Below are positions 37,341 through 47,831 of a stretch of DNA of 64,000 nt, one piece after another. A program made the position numbers and the translations under genes. Below the pieces are notes generated by a model. It saw nothing but the letters and a program-made list of their open reading frames with translations. It was not told the DNA's origin and ran no database searches. Within the stretch, counting starts at the first letter, position 1. Each line of letters starts with the position of its first letter. Origin of the DNA: a virus (lineage: Duplodnaviria > Caudoviricetes); the IMG/VR virus record IMGVR_UViG_3300027983_001732, positions 1,035 through 65,034 of that record; one strand, 5' to 3'.

Positions 37341-39548
37341 ATGAGATTCTACGAATTCCACCAAATTGTTAAATCAGAAAATCCGCCAGCACTCAAGCTG
37401 CAATGGGACTATAACGCCGATACGTTCCGATCATGGCTTATGTCTGAAGTTACTAAGGATATTGTCAGGGAATTGGAATCGTGGAAAGATGAAAATCCAG
37501 ACGAACTGCCATTTCATGGACTATTTCCTGCTGAAAATGATGAGTCAATCACCCGGAAAGTCATTCCATTCACCGCTGATCCAAACGCAACAGGAATTTT
37601 AGATAAAATCAAAAACGCTGGACTCACTATCGACTTCAAAACAGGTACAGTGAGCAATGGACAACGTGCTAATCGCTTAGGTAAATTCGTATTAAACAAA
37701 AACTCTCCGTTCTCATCAGAAGAAAAGATTTGGTGGAACCGTAGCGGTGAACCGGTGCCAGAACTTCAAAGAACACAAAGCACTCACCAATACTCAATAG
37801 TTGTATCTCGCAATCCTGTTGATATTGCTCGCATGTCAGATCATGACGGATGGACATCATGTCATTCTCCAAGTCGTGAATATTTTCAATGTGCCTTAGC
37901 TGACGCTAAAGGTGGTGGGGCAGTAGCTTACGTCGTTAGAAAAGATGATCTAGCTGGCATTGACCTCCAAGAGCCAGAAATCTTTTCAGATAAAAGACGG
38001 GGAGTCAGTGGCGTAAACCCCATGTCCAGAGTGAGACTACGCAAATTCGTTCATAAAGAAGATGGATATGATCTCGCAGTTCCCGAAAATGTCGTTTATG
38101 GAGAAAAATTCCCCGGACTAGCCGATAGCGTAAGAGATTGGGCATTACAGTCTCAACAAGATATTCTAAAAGGTCAAAGAGTCCGTATGAAGGATTTCCG
38201 ATTAATGGGCGGCAGCTACCAAGACACAAGAGGAAGCCGTTTATTTAACTATCTATTTGACGATGAACTCGATACTGGAGATGCTGATTACGGCGGCGAG
38301 GATGAAGGACAAGGAATGTTTGACCAATACGAAGAAGAAGTCGAAATAATTGAACAAGAATACAGAGATAAATTCACTATTTGTTCCTTTTATGTAGAAG
38401 TACACGACTCCGAAGGTCAACCATATGTTGATTTCAGCGGCACTGCATACATCAAAATTCCAGAAGAACTACTTCTGACACCACCAGATGAAGCAGATAA
38501 ATGGGACCCAAAATCTAAGCGACGACAACTCGATGAAGGTCTCAAAAAATGGGCCAGAGAAAACGACATCTATAATGTCAATGAAATTAAATTACTTGAT
38601 GACGGAGTGCGTATCGACATTTATTCTGATGACGACGATGCCACGCCAGATGGTTTTAGAAACTTCCTCAGACACAAACTCAGCGATATTGACGGCAGGA
38701 AAGATGAACTCACAGCCAGCTTGTATCACAAATTGGTCGAACTCGGATTAGCAACTGCAAATAAAGTCTCAGAAATTAATCTGGATGACGACAAGACTGA
38801 TGAAGAACATATATTCCAAAACTTTGAATGGCAAGGCGAAAGCCCAGAAATCTCAATAGCACTCAAGCAACCAATGGAACTACCATCGCCGCCAACACCA
38901 AAATCTGGCGCTGCCCCTCAACACGAATATCCACATTGGCAAGATCAATTCAAAAACACAGTCACACAACAAATCAAAGCGTGGGCGAATAGAGTTTTTG
39001 TCAATCAGAAACAACAATTATCGCTCTTTCCAGATGCGAATGACCATAAAAAACCATTTGAACTGCATATCAAACCTGAGATCGAACTGAAGTCAAGTCA
39101 GAGAATATGGGAACAAGGACAACCATTATTAATGTATATGACGCTTAAATTCGAGACATTCTCAGATGATGAACATGTTGAAGAAGCAATTAATTTCGTT
39201 AAGTTTTTAGATAAGAGCTTCCCTAAATTTGAGAGTATGATACATCAGATATACATGAATTGGAGCAAAAATTTTTACAGGTCGATCATGAATCAGCAAC
39301 AGTGGCAGCCTCAGCAAACTGGTAACTGGAACTCCACTGGGTTCTGGAATTCACAACAAGATTCTCAGTCACAACAAGCTCAGTCACAACAACAAGCTCA
39401 GTCACAACAACAAGCTCAGTCACAACAAGCTCAGTCACAACAACAAGCTCAGTCACAACAAGATTCTCAGTCACAACAAGATTCTCAGTCACAACAAGAT
39501 TCTCAGTCGAAAGGTACGAAAAAACATGACAAACATTCCATTGTTTAA
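37341..39548 (+). CDS. Large hypothetical phage protein with Gln/Ser-rich tail
   Basis: 735 aa; SRNPVDIARMSD..WTSCH motif. Confidence 0.7.
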   Translation: MRFYEFHQIVKSENPPALKLQWDYNADTFRSWLMSEVTKDIVRELESWKDENPDELPFHGLFPAENDESITRKVIPFTADPNATGILDKIKNAGLTIDFKTGTVSNGQRANRLGKFVLNKNSPFSSEEKIWWNRSGEPVPELQRTQSTHQYSIVVSRNPVDIARMSDHDGWTSCHSPSREYFQCALADAKGGGAVAYVVRKDDLAGIDLQEPEIFSDKRRGVSGVNPMSRVRLRKFVHKEDGYDLAVPENVVYGEKFPGLADSVRDWALQSQQDILKGQRVRMKDFRLMGGSYQDTRGSRLFNYLFDDELDTGDADYGGEDEGQGMFDQYEEEVEIIEQEYRDKFTICSFYVEVHDSEGQPYVDFSGTAYIKIPEELLLTPPDEADKWDPKSKRRQLDEGLKKWARENDIYNVNEIKLLDDGVRIDIYSDDDDATPDGFRNFLRHKLSDIDGRKDELTASLYHKLVELGLATANKVSEINLDDDKTDEEHIFQNFEWQGESPEISIALKQPMELPSPPTPKSGAAPQHEYPHWQDQFKNTVTQQIKAWANRVFVNQKQQLSLFPDANDHKKPFELHIKPEIELKSSQRIWEQGQPLLMYMTLKFETFSDDEHVEEAINFVKFLDKSFPKFESMIHQIYMNWSKNFYRSIMNQQQWQPQQTGNWNSTGFWNSQQDSQSQQAQSQQQAQSQQQAQSQQAQSQQQAQSQQDSQSQQDSQSQQDSQSKGTKKHDKHSIV
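39351..39508 (+). repeat. Coding tandem repeat of 15/18-nt units (SQQ(Q)AQ / SQQDSQ)
   Basis: CACAACAAG(ATT)CTCAGT-type units. Confidence 0.9.
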
Positions 39549-40653
39549 AGTTTTCATGGCTGATACCGCCGCTAAAGAAACAGGGGAAATTCTTAAATCT
39601 GGGTATATTGGGCAAGGTCCAAAAGTTGATGAATTTGAGAGGTTATTAAAGAGACATTTCAATAATGACTATGTTGTGACAGTTAATTCTGGAACTTCAG
39701 CCTTGCAATTAGCTGTTCATTTGATAAAGCCGGAAAATGGATTTTCTAATAGCGATGAAATCATTGTTACTCCATTGACATGTTTTGCGTCAATATCTGC
39801 GATTATAGCAAATGGTTGTAAGGTCAGATGGGCTGATGTTGATCCAAAAACATGTAACATTGATTTGGTTGATGTTGAGAGAAAACTTGGCCCTAATACA
39901 AGGGCTGTGATGGTGGTTCATTGGGGCGGAACTCCTGTTGACATTGATGAATTGTCAAGGATCAAAAAGAGATATAAAGAAACTTATCAAAAAGATCTTC
40001 ATATCATTGAAGATTGTGCTCATTGCTGGGACTCTAAATATAAAAATCGGTTAATTGGCAATAGCGGAAATTTTTGTTGCTTTAGTTTTCAGGCTATAAA
40101 ATTTTTGACTACAGGAGATGGTGGACTGCTAATCACACCTGATGCCTCTCTGTACAAAAGAGCAAAAAATCTCAGATGGTTTGGATTAGACAGAGATTCT
40201 GGTGCATCTTTTCGTTGCATCCAAGATATAGAAGAAAGTGGTTTCAAATACCATCTTCATGATATTGGAGCTACTATTGGCATAGAAAATCTATATCACA
40301 TGTCGGAAGTTGTATCTAAGCATAAATCCAATGCGTCGTTTTTTAACAAAAATTTATCATCGGTTTATGGCGTTACTCTGCTTGAGGAAAGTCGGCATTC
40401 AGAATCAAGTTACTGGTTATTTACAATGCTTGTTGAAAGAAGAACTGAGTTTATTGCCAAGATGGAATTAAAAGGAATCATGTGTAGTCCTGTTCATGCT
40501 AGATGCGACAAACATAGCTGTGTTTCTGATTTTAGGTCATTTTTGCCCGGAATGGATTATTTACAAACACAACATGTTTCTATTCCTTGTGGATGGTGGG
40601 TCAGCGATAAAGATCGAAATTATATTGTCGATTGCATTAAAGAAGGTTGGTAA
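39526..40653 (+). CDS. DegT/DnrJ/EryC1/StrS sugar aminotransferase
   Basis: NSGTSALQLA, IIEDCAH, FSFQAIKFLTTGDGG. Confidence 0.92.
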   Translation: MTNIPLFKVFMADTAAKETGEILKSGYIGQGPKVDEFERLLKRHFNNDYVVTVNSGTSALQLAVHLIKPENGFSNSDEIIVTPLTCFASISAIIANGCKVRWADVDPKTCNIDLVDVERKLGPNTRAVMVVHWGGTPVDIDELSRIKKRYKETYQKDLHIIEDCAHCWDSKYKNRLIGNSGNFCCFSFQAIKFLTTGDGGLLITPDASLYKRAKNLRWFGLDRDSGASFRCIQDIEESGFKYHLHDIGATIGIENLYHMSEVVSKHKSNASFFNKNLSSVYGVTLLEESRHSESSYWLFTMLVERRTEFIAKMELKGIMCSPVHARCDKHSCVSDFRSFLPGMDYLQTQHVSIPCGWWVSDKDRNYIVDCIKEGW

Positions 40654-41189
40654 GAATGTTTAAGCACAATGGATTGAACTTAACAAAATTGCAAAGAGAA
40701 GATCTTTCTTTGTTGTTAGATCTGAAATCTGAGAGTTGGGAGACAACACATCATATTACAATTGCAACAATGGAAGATCAGGTTCGATGGTTCGAGTCTC
40801 TTGATAAAGATGTGCATTCACCTTGTAGCCTTGTTCTTATGGCTTGTGATAAAGAAAATTCAAAAATCGGAATATTCAAAATTTCCAGTGTTGATTGGGT
40901 GAATCGAACAGCGGACGTGGCATGGGATATTTTCAAGCCTCATCGTGGCAATGGATTCGGTAAATCATTAGTCGCCGCTGGGTCAACATTCTGTTTTCAG
41001 ATTTTGAATCTTTGGCGTTTGAATTGTGAAATCTTAGAAACAAATACCGTTTCTCAGAAGTGTGCATTTTCAGCCGGGTTCGAAAAAGAAGGTGTCAAAA
41101 AAGAATCGGTGATCAAGCTTGGATCTTATGTGGATTCAGGAATTTATGGATTGTTGGCAGAAAACTTCATCGCTTTACATCCATTGTAG
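40647..41189 (+). CDS. GNAT N-acetyltransferase (PseH/RimJ-like)
   Basis: HRGNGFGK, LETNTVS, GFEKEG; follows the aminotransferase. Confidence 0.8.
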   Translation: MVRMFKHNGLNLTKLQREDLSLLLDLKSESWETTHHITIATMEDQVRWFESLDKDVHSPCSLVLMACDKENSKIGIFKISSVDWVNRTADVAWDIFKPHRGNGFGKSLVAAGSTFCFQILNLWRLNCEILETNTVSQKCAFSAGFEKEGVKKESVIKLGSYVDSGIYGLLAENFIALHPL

Positions 41190-41224
41190 AATTAAGTATG
41201 ATGCAATATTTACTGGAGCCAGAA

Positions 41225-41704
41225 ATGATTGTTTTGAAAAAAATTATCTCGGGGGCACAGTCGGGGGCTGATTTAGCGGCATTAGAGGTCGCAAAGAAGT
41301 TTGGATATGAAACTGGCGGAGTCATGCCTTTTGGTTACAAAACTCTTGAAGGGTTTAAACCTCAGTATAAAGAGATGTACGGATTGACAGCCCATTCTTC
41401 CTCTAGTTATACCCCTCGTACTCGCCAGAATGTGAAGGATTCTGATGGCACTATCCGATTTGCATACAATTTTGAATCTCGTGGCGAGATTTGTACGTTG
41501 AAAGCCATAGAATATTACAAAAAACCTCATTTAAATGTGGATTTAAATGATGTTCTTCCGATTTTTACCGTTACAGACTGGATTTTGTGCCATAGAATAG
41601 AAGTGTTGAATATCGCAGGAAACTCCGAACAAACTTCTCCGGGCACTCATGAAGCCACAACTTGTTACTTAGAAAGTCTTTTTCAAGCTTTAAAGGACAA
41701 TTAA
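41225..41704 (+). CDS. SLOG-family (putative molybdenum carrier-like) protein
   Basis: IISGAQSGADLAAL, RTRQNVKDSDGT, LNIAGN. Confidence 0.75.
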   Translation: MIVLKKIISGAQSGADLAALEVAKKFGYETGGVMPFGYKTLEGFKPQYKEMYGLTAHSSSSYTPRTRQNVKDSDGTIRFAYNFESRGEICTLKAIEYYKKPHLNVDLNDVLPIFTVTDWILCHRIEVLNIAGNSEQTSPGTHEATTCYLESLFQALKDN

Positions 41705-41706
41705 CC

Positions 41707-41738
41707 CAGATCGCTGGGTATTCCCGGCTTTATGGCAC
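41707..41738 (+). repeat. Solitary repeat-like unit, family B
   Basis: CAGATCGCTGGGTATTCCCGGCTTTATGGCAC, at a gene junction in sense orientation. Confidence 0.75.
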
Positions 41739-42322
41739 ATGGAACACGGATGAATATGAACGAATTAGAAAAAAAATTGATTGTGTTAAGAGGGCTTCCG
41801 TGGACAGGCAAAAGTTATCGAGCAAAACAGTTGCTTGAAGAAGCTGCAAAGGATGGAATCCAAGGGTTGATTTTTTCAACTGATGATTATTGGCATCAGG
41901 TCAACTATCCTGACAAGCCTGATGAATATTCTTTCAACCCAAGATTTTTGGCTTATGCTCACAAGTGGAATCAACTTCGAGCACACCGTGCCATTGATAT
42001 TGGCGAAAAGCTCATCATTATTGACAACACTAATACTGTTGCTTCCGAGTTTTGTTGCGGATATGCAAAATATGCTCACTTTCAGGATTACAAAATTTGT
42101 ATTGAAGAGCCTACGTCAGAGCGGTGGCTTGAAATACGTGAAATATTGAAAAACAAACGAGCAAACAAAAAGTTGCTAAAAAATTGGGCTGTTACACTTG
42201 CTGAAGGAAGCAAGGGAATTCACAATGTTCCATTTTTTGCCATTGAACGAATGATGTGGAGATGGGAAAATAATTTAGATCCAGATTTTATATTAAACAA
42301 TTGCAAGGAACTGCATACATAA
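41732..42322 (+). CDS. P-loop kinase (AAA_33 / polynucleotide kinase-like)
   Basis: RGLPWTGKS, FSTDDYW, IIDNTN, HNVP. Confidence 0.8.
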   Translation: MAHGTRMNMNELEKKLIVLRGLPWTGKSYRAKQLLEEAAKDGIQGLIFSTDDYWHQVNYPDKPDEYSFNPRFLAYAHKWNQLRAHRAIDIGEKLIIIDNTNTVASEFCCGYAKYAHFQDYKICIEEPTSERWLEIREILKNKRANKKLLKNWAVTLAEGSKGIHNVPFFAIERMMWRWENNLDPDFILNNCKELHT

Positions 42323-43053
42323 TCAAAAACACCATTTACATGAAGTGTATGATTATGTCAGGAAAGCCTAAATATAAAATCACTAAAGAGTTTCTTCATA
42401 TAAATTATATTGATGAAAATAAATCAACTATTGATATTGCGTTGATGATCGGATGTTCTGTTAATACAGTAAATTTTTGGATTAAAAAACATGATCTGAA
42501 GATGCGAGGAAAAGGGACTCATCGGATAAAGAATATTGTTGGCAAAGAATTTAACAACTGGACTGTTTTAAGTCGTGTTGAAAGTGATCCAAAAACTAAA
42601 TGTTCAATATGGTTGTGTCGTTGTAAATGTGGTGTTGAAAAAACTGTCCATTATGGAGCTTTGACAACAGGACAACGTAAACAGTGTAGAAAATGTTCTG
42701 CACTATCTCAGAGATCAAAAGACGCACTAACTTTTACATTTTGGAACAAAATAATTCAAGGAGCACAACAACGTAACTTGTTGTTTGACATCACTCGTGA
42801 ATATGCTTATGATTTGTTTTTAGAACAAGGTGAAAAATGTTCACTAACTGGTTTGGATTTAACCTTTTCAGATACAACTATAAGTTTTAACGGAACTGCA
42901 TCTTTAGACAGAAAAGATTCTAAATTTGGATATACCAAAGACAATATCCAATGGGTGCATAAAGATGTAAATAGAATGAAGTGGAAGCATAAAGAATTGT
43001 ATTTTGTTGATTTGTGTAGAATTGTTGTTCAACATTATGACCAAAAGTTTTAG
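42301..43053 (+). CDS. HNH-like homing endonuclease
   Basis: WLCRCKCG, CSLTG, SLDRKDSKFGYTKDNIQWVHKDVNRMK. Confidence 0.75.
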   Translation: MQGTAYIIKNTIYMKCMIMSGKPKYKITKEFLHINYIDENKSTIDIALMIGCSVNTVNFWIKKHDLKMRGKGTHRIKNIVGKEFNNWTVLSRVESDPKTKCSIWLCRCKCGVEKTVHYGALTTGQRKQCRKCSALSQRSKDALTFTFWNKIIQGAQQRNLLFDITREYAYDLFLEQGEKCSLTGLDLTFSDTTISFNGTASLDRKDSKFGYTKDNIQWVHKDVNRMKWKHKELYFVDLCRIVVQHYDQKF

Positions 43054-43063
43054 GAGACATGAC

Positions 43064-44905
43064 ATGAAATTGCGTTTAACTCTGGCGGCTATTCTTGTGA
43101 TGGTCGTTTCGACCGTACAAGCTCAGCAACAAACATTTGAATCTTTGGTTGGCAAAGTTGATACAGGACCAGTGTCGCCTGATCCAATTGTACAAGTTCC
43201 GTTCATCACATGGGGCGGCGATGTTTCTACGTTCGTTGCCAACGGGGGACTGATTACAAATCCTAATTCCATTTATGGAAAATCAGGATTGAATTTCAAG
43301 CTGGTCCCCGGCGATGATTTTCAACAACAAGTGCGAGACTATATCTCAGGCAAAAGTCCATATCTTCGTGGCACATACCATATGGTGTCCTTGGCATCTG
43401 AAATAATGAACAAGGATGCTCGTACAAAACCTGTAATGATTATGCAGCTTACGTGGAGCCTTGGAGATCATCTTGTTTCTCGTGAAGGTATTAAAACAAT
43501 CAATGATCTCAAAGGAAAAAAGATTTGCCTTCAACAAGGCGGACCACACATAGGACTTATTGATGATTCTCTCAAAGCGGCGGCTTTGCAATGGTCTGAC
43601 ATTACTGTGGTTTGGGTTAAAAATTTGACTGGCGAAGAAAGCCCAGCGGCAATGTTTCGAAAAGATCAAAGTATTGATGCCTGCTGTGTTATTTCTCCTG
43701 ATATGATTGGTTTAACTTCTGGACTTGAATCTGTTGGTTCTGGAAGCGAAGGAACAATCAAAGGTGCTCACGTTGTGAATTCAACTGCATCTATGAGTCG
43801 TTCGATTGCGGATGTTTATATTGTTCGCAGCGATTATTTTGCCAGCAACAAGAATGATGTTGAAAAATTTGTTGTCGGCTATCTTAAAGCCACAGAAGAA
43901 CTGATGAAAGGCAAAGAAGCTTACGACAGCGGGCGTGGTCAATCTCCTTCATATGTTGCGTCTTTGAAAATGGCACAAACCATTTATGGAGCAGCAGTTC
44001 TTCCAACAATTGAAGAAGATGCTCATGGTCTGGTGTCTGATGCAAATTTTGTACGCATCCCCGGCAACGAAATTTTCTTCAACGATGAAAATAATTTGAC
44101 TGGTTTTGCATCACGTCAAACAGCAACGCTTGATTTGGCGGTTCAATTGGGATATGTGACTCAAAAGCTTGGATTTTCAAAAGCTGATTGGGATTACAAA
44201 AAGATTTCTGAAGAAGTCGGAGCTCCATATGTTTCACCAGTTTATTCAAAGGGTCGTATCAAAGCAGAAGTTACTGACTTCGGCGAAGACCTTGATAGCA
44301 GCACAATCTTTTCGTTTGAGATCCAGTTTAAACCAGAGCAGACAACTTTTCCTGCTGAAACATATGCTGCCGATTTCAAACGTTATCTGGAATCATCAGC
44401 AACATTTGCCAATGCGGCTGTTATAATTGAAGGACATTCTGATCCAACTTTGGCATTACAACATTTCTTTTGGGCGTCTAAAGCCAAAGGATTAATTACC
44501 GGCGAATCTGGAAATTACAAGTTCCGTGGTCAGAATCTTGATTTGGCTGATACTGGTTCTGTAGTTCAAGCCATTCAAAACGAAAATCTTGCTGGTCAAA
44601 AACGCAAAGATAACGGTGGTCAGATTGTTGAAATCCCTGACCCAAAGATCACTGTAGCAGCCGCACTGACATTGAGTCGCTCTCGTGCAGAGTCTGTTAA
44701 AAAGGCAATTGAAGATTTTGCTAAAGAAAGCAAAATCCAGTTTGATATTTCTCAGTCTTTGCCGAATGGCGTTGGAATTTCTTCGCCTGTCAATGCTCGT
44801 CCAAGAAACATGCAGCAAGCACAAGAGAACATGCGAGTCGTCTTCCGAGTGGTTCGGGTAAAGGCAGAAGCAATTTCCGCTGACGACTTCAATTTTGACA
44901 AGTAG
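43064..44905 (+). CDS. ABC-type substrate-binding protein with C-terminal OmpA-like domain
   Basis: Signal peptide; NMT1-like DLKGKKI; IEGHSDP, LSRSRAESVK, NMRVVFRV. Confidence 0.75.
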   Translation: MKLRLTLAAILVMVVSTVQAQQQTFESLVGKVDTGPVSPDPIVQVPFITWGGDVSTFVANGGLITNPNSIYGKSGLNFKLVPGDDFQQQVRDYISGKSPYLRGTYHMVSLASEIMNKDARTKPVMIMQLTWSLGDHLVSREGIKTINDLKGKKICLQQGGPHIGLIDDSLKAAALQWSDITVVWVKNLTGEESPAAMFRKDQSIDACCVISPDMIGLTSGLESVGSGSEGTIKGAHVVNSTASMSRSIADVYIVRSDYFASNKNDVEKFVVGYLKATEELMKGKEAYDSGRGQSPSYVASLKMAQTIYGAAVLPTIEEDAHGLVSDANFVRIPGNEIFFNDENNLTGFASRQTATLDLAVQLGYVTQKLGFSKADWDYKKISEEVGAPYVSPVYSKGRIKAEVTDFGEDLDSSTIFSFEIQFKPEQTTFPAETYAADFKRYLESSATFANAAVIIEGHSDPTLALQHFFWASKAKGLITGESGNYKFRGQNLDLADTGSVVQAIQNENLAGQKRKDNGGQIVEIPDPKITVAAALTLSRSRAESVKKAIEDFAKESKIQFDISQSLPNGVGISSPVNARPRNMQQAQENMRVVFRVVRVKAEAISADDFNFDK

Positions 44906-44987
44906 CAGTTATCTTCCCACCTCTATACCGACACTCTTGTCCGTCAATGAGAGACCGGTGTAGAGGTGTATTTTTTGGAGCAATCAA

Positions 44988-45365
44988 GTGAAGAAAAAAA
45001 AGTATATTCTCTATGGAATTGGAGTGTTGCTGTTTCTGTTGGTGTGTGTAAAAGGGTGCCTTTCAATTGGCAGCATTACTTACTCTGATGGAGAGCGAAC
45101 AGGAACTATTACTAAGTTCAGCCACAAAGGTCTTATTGTAAAGACTTGGGAAGGCGAACTGAATATGGGCGGATTGGAAGTTGGCGGAAAATCAACAACA
45201 TGGACATTTTCTGTAGATGATCAAGCAATCGTGGAAAAGATTCAAAAATCACAACGTATAGGCGGATACTGGACATTAAAGTACCGTCAGCAATTATTCC
45301 AGCAAAGCTGGAAAGGTTCTACGGAGTATTTCATCACCGATGTCATTAAAGCTGAAAAGGAATAA
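44988..45365 (+). CDS. Membrane-anchored hypothetical protein
   Basis: N-terminal TM; YSDGERTG...KTWEGEL. Confidence 0.65.
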   Translation: MKKKKYILYGIGVLLFLLVCVKGCLSIGSITYSDGERTGTITKFSHKGLIVKTWEGELNMGGLEVGGKSTTWTFSVDDQAIVEKIQKSQRIGGYWTLKYRQQLFQQSWKGSTEYFITDVIKAEKE

Positions 45366-45367
45366 TT

Positions 45368-46279
45368 ATGAATAAGTTCATTACATTTGTTCTGTTGACT
45401 CTCGCCTTTACGAGAACCGTTGTTGCTGATGATTATATCGTTATTGTGATTGATACATCCGGCAGCATGGAAGACAAAATGAGAAGTGTTGACAAAACAC
45501 GCATGAATGTCGCACAAGATGCTTTAATTGGTGTTTTGTCAAAGATTCCTTCTACAACAAAAGTTGGAATTCTGACTTTCAATGGATGGGTTTATGATAT
45601 TCAAAATGTTGATCGTGAAGAGTTAGTGACGGCAATCCGTTCAACAAGTCCAAGTGGCGGTACTCCTCTGTACCAATTCATAAGTGATGGTGCGACCAGA
45701 CTTTTGGAGGAACGTGAGAAACAAGGAAACATCGGAAGTTATAAGTTGCTGGTCGTAACTGATGGTGCTGCCAGCGACAACTATCTGAATGAAGATAGTT
45801 TTTTTGGGGATGACAGTGAAAAGCCCGGTGTGCTGAAAGATATTTTGAATAGATCAATTGCCGTTGATGCCATTGGTTTGGATATCGCCGAAGATCATGC
45901 TTTGGCAACTCAAATAAATGGAATTTACATGCGTGGTGATGATCCAGAATCATTGAGCAAGGCGATTACGAAATCTGTCGCTGAAGTTGGATTCGGAACA
46001 AATCAAGATGCTTCCGATGAATCATTCAAAGAGATTTCTGAATTGCCAGAAGGATTTGTATTGGCTTCTTTGAAAGGATTGACAACTTTCTCTAATCAGC
46101 CAATCGGACGAAAATCACCAGTAGAAGTTGTCCAAGAAGACGGAACAATAATTATTGTTCCTAATCCAGCAAATGTGGAAAAAGGTGGTTTTACATTTTT
46201 AATTATGTCTATCTTCTCTTTTGTTATTGTGCTTGTTTTGTTTGTAGCGTTTGTTGCTAACAAGTCTGGGGGTCGCTAA
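45368..46279 (+). CDS. vWA-domain membrane protein
   Basis: DTSGSM MIDAS, GGTPL, VTDG; signal peptide and C-terminal TM. Confidence 0.85.
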   Translation: MNKFITFVLLTLAFTRTVVADDYIVIVIDTSGSMEDKMRSVDKTRMNVAQDALIGVLSKIPSTTKVGILTFNGWVYDIQNVDREELVTAIRSTSPSGGTPLYQFISDGATRLLEEREKQGNIGSYKLLVVTDGAASDNYLNEDSFFGDDSEKPGVLKDILNRSIAVDAIGLDIAEDHALATQINGIYMRGDDPESLSKAITKSVAEVGFGTNQDASDESFKEISELPEGFVLASLKGLTTFSNQPIGRKSPVEVVQEDGTIIIVPNPANVEKGGFTFLIMSIFSFVIVLVLFVAFVANKSGGR

Positions 46280-46280
46280 A

Positions 46281-47831
46281 ATGGACGAAAAGACAGCGAT
46301 GACAAAAAGTCGCATTGCGGCGATGCTGTTTATTTGGTTTTCTCTTCTTGGTGTTGTATTGTTTGCTTGGAAATTTTGGGTTCATCCACAACAACAAGCT
46401 GCTAAACAACAAGCTGCTGAACAAGAACACAAAAATACCATTGAAAAAACAAGTGCTCCTTCACGTTTCAAACATACTGTTAATTTTGCTGTTGATTCAT
46501 TTTCTGGATATGCGGCGATTCGCAGTAGTGCGTTTCGAGATGAAAATGCAAAATTTGGAATCAAGATCGAGTTGACAGATGATGGAGCCAACTACCAGCA
46601 ACGCTTGAAAAAATTGGCAAGCGGCGAGTTGGACATGGCAGTGTTCACAATTGACGCCTTGATGAAGTCTTCCGCTGAATATAAAGATATTCCGGCGACC
46701 ATTGTGGCTTTAATTGACGAAACAAAAGGCGCCGATGCAATGGTTGCATCAAAACAAAAATTTCCGAACATCGACGCTTTGAATTCTAGTGGTTTAAAGA
46801 TTGTGTGTGCTCAAGACTCGCCTTCAGAAACATTGACACGAGTTATCATGACACACTTCAATTTAGATAATCTTCCAGAAAATCCATTTCAGTTTATGGA
46901 TAGTGTTGATGCGGTTTATCAAGAATACCAGAAAACAAAGCCCGGCGACAACAAGGTATTTGTTCTATGGGAACCATACGTCAGTAAAATAGTCGATAAT
47001 CCTGATTATCATGTTTTGGTTGACAGCAGTAAATTTCGAGGGTACATCGTTGATGTTATTGTGGCTCGTCGTGGCTTTCTTGTACAAAATGAAGCTCTCG
47101 TTGAAAACGTGGTCAAGTCGTATTTGAAGTCGATGTTTGATAGTCGCAACAACATGGTGGATCTTGTTTCTAATGATGCGAAACAAATTGGCACGCCTTT
47201 AAAGCCAGAACAAGCTCAAAAACTTGCTGAAAAAATTTGGTGGAAAAACACTCAAGAGAATTTTTCTCACTTCGGTTTAACAATTGGGAATAATATTCAA
47301 CACATCGAAGAGATGAATTCAAACATTATGGATGTGTTGCTAAAAACCAATGCGATCACTTCTGATCCAACTAATGGTCAGCCTAACTTATGGCATTACG
47401 ATGGCATTATGCGAAAATTATTTGACACATCGTGGCATCCGGGTTTTGGACCAGAAATTATCAGACAAGAGAAATCTCTGGCTGCTCTCTCTGACGAAGA
47501 GTGGAAAACATTAAAGCCAGTTGGCACACTTCAGGTTCCAAGGCTCGTGTTTGCTCGTGGCGGAAGCAAGCTAAATGATAGTAGTTTTTCTACTCTTGAT
47601 AAACTTGTGGAAAGCTTGAAATCGTGGCCGCAATTTTATTTGCTGGTTCAAGGCAATCATGCGTCAAATGGAGACGCTGAAGCGAATAAAATTCTGGCTG
47701 AATCAAGAGCTACAACGGCTGTGGATTATTTGGTTAGCAAGGGTGTTGATATTTCTAGGATTCACATTGAAATATCTAAACCAAATGGCTCAACAACTGT
47801 TGCATTTGTTCTTGGGGAACTTCCTTATTAA
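46281..47831 (+). CDS. Substrate-binding protein with OmpA-like C-terminal domain
   Basis: N-terminal TM; DSFSGY, LWEPY; NKILAESRATTAVDYLVSKGV. Confidence 0.75.
   Translation: MDEKTAMTKSRIAAMLFIWFSLLGVVLFAWKFWVHPQQQAAKQQAAEQEHKNTIEKTSAPSRFKHTVNFAVDSFSGYAAIRSSAFRDENAKFGIKIELTDDGANYQQRLKKLASGELDMAVFTIDALMKSSAEYKDIPATIVALIDETKGADAMVASKQKFPNIDALNSSGLKIVCAQDSPSETLTRVIMTHFNLDNLPENPFQFMDSVDAVYQEYQKTKPGDNKVFVLWEPYVSKIVDNPDYHVLVDSSKFRGYIVDVIVARRGFLVQNEALVENVVKSYLKSMFDSRNNMVDLVSNDAKQIGTPLKPEQAQKLAEKIWWKNTQENFSHFGLTIGNNIQHIEEMNSNIMDVLLKTNAITSDPTNGQPNLWHYDGIMRKLFDTSWHPGFGPEIIRQEKSLAALSDEEWKTLKPVGTLQVPRLVFARGGSKLNDSSFSTLDKLVESLKSWPQFYLLVQGNHASNGDAEANKILAESRATTAVDYLVSKGVDISRIHIEISKPNGSTTVAFVLGELPY

Noticed and set aside
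39286-39615. Minus-strand ORF with VVTE repeats
   Set aside because: Antisense of the Gln-rich tail of the 735 aa gene.
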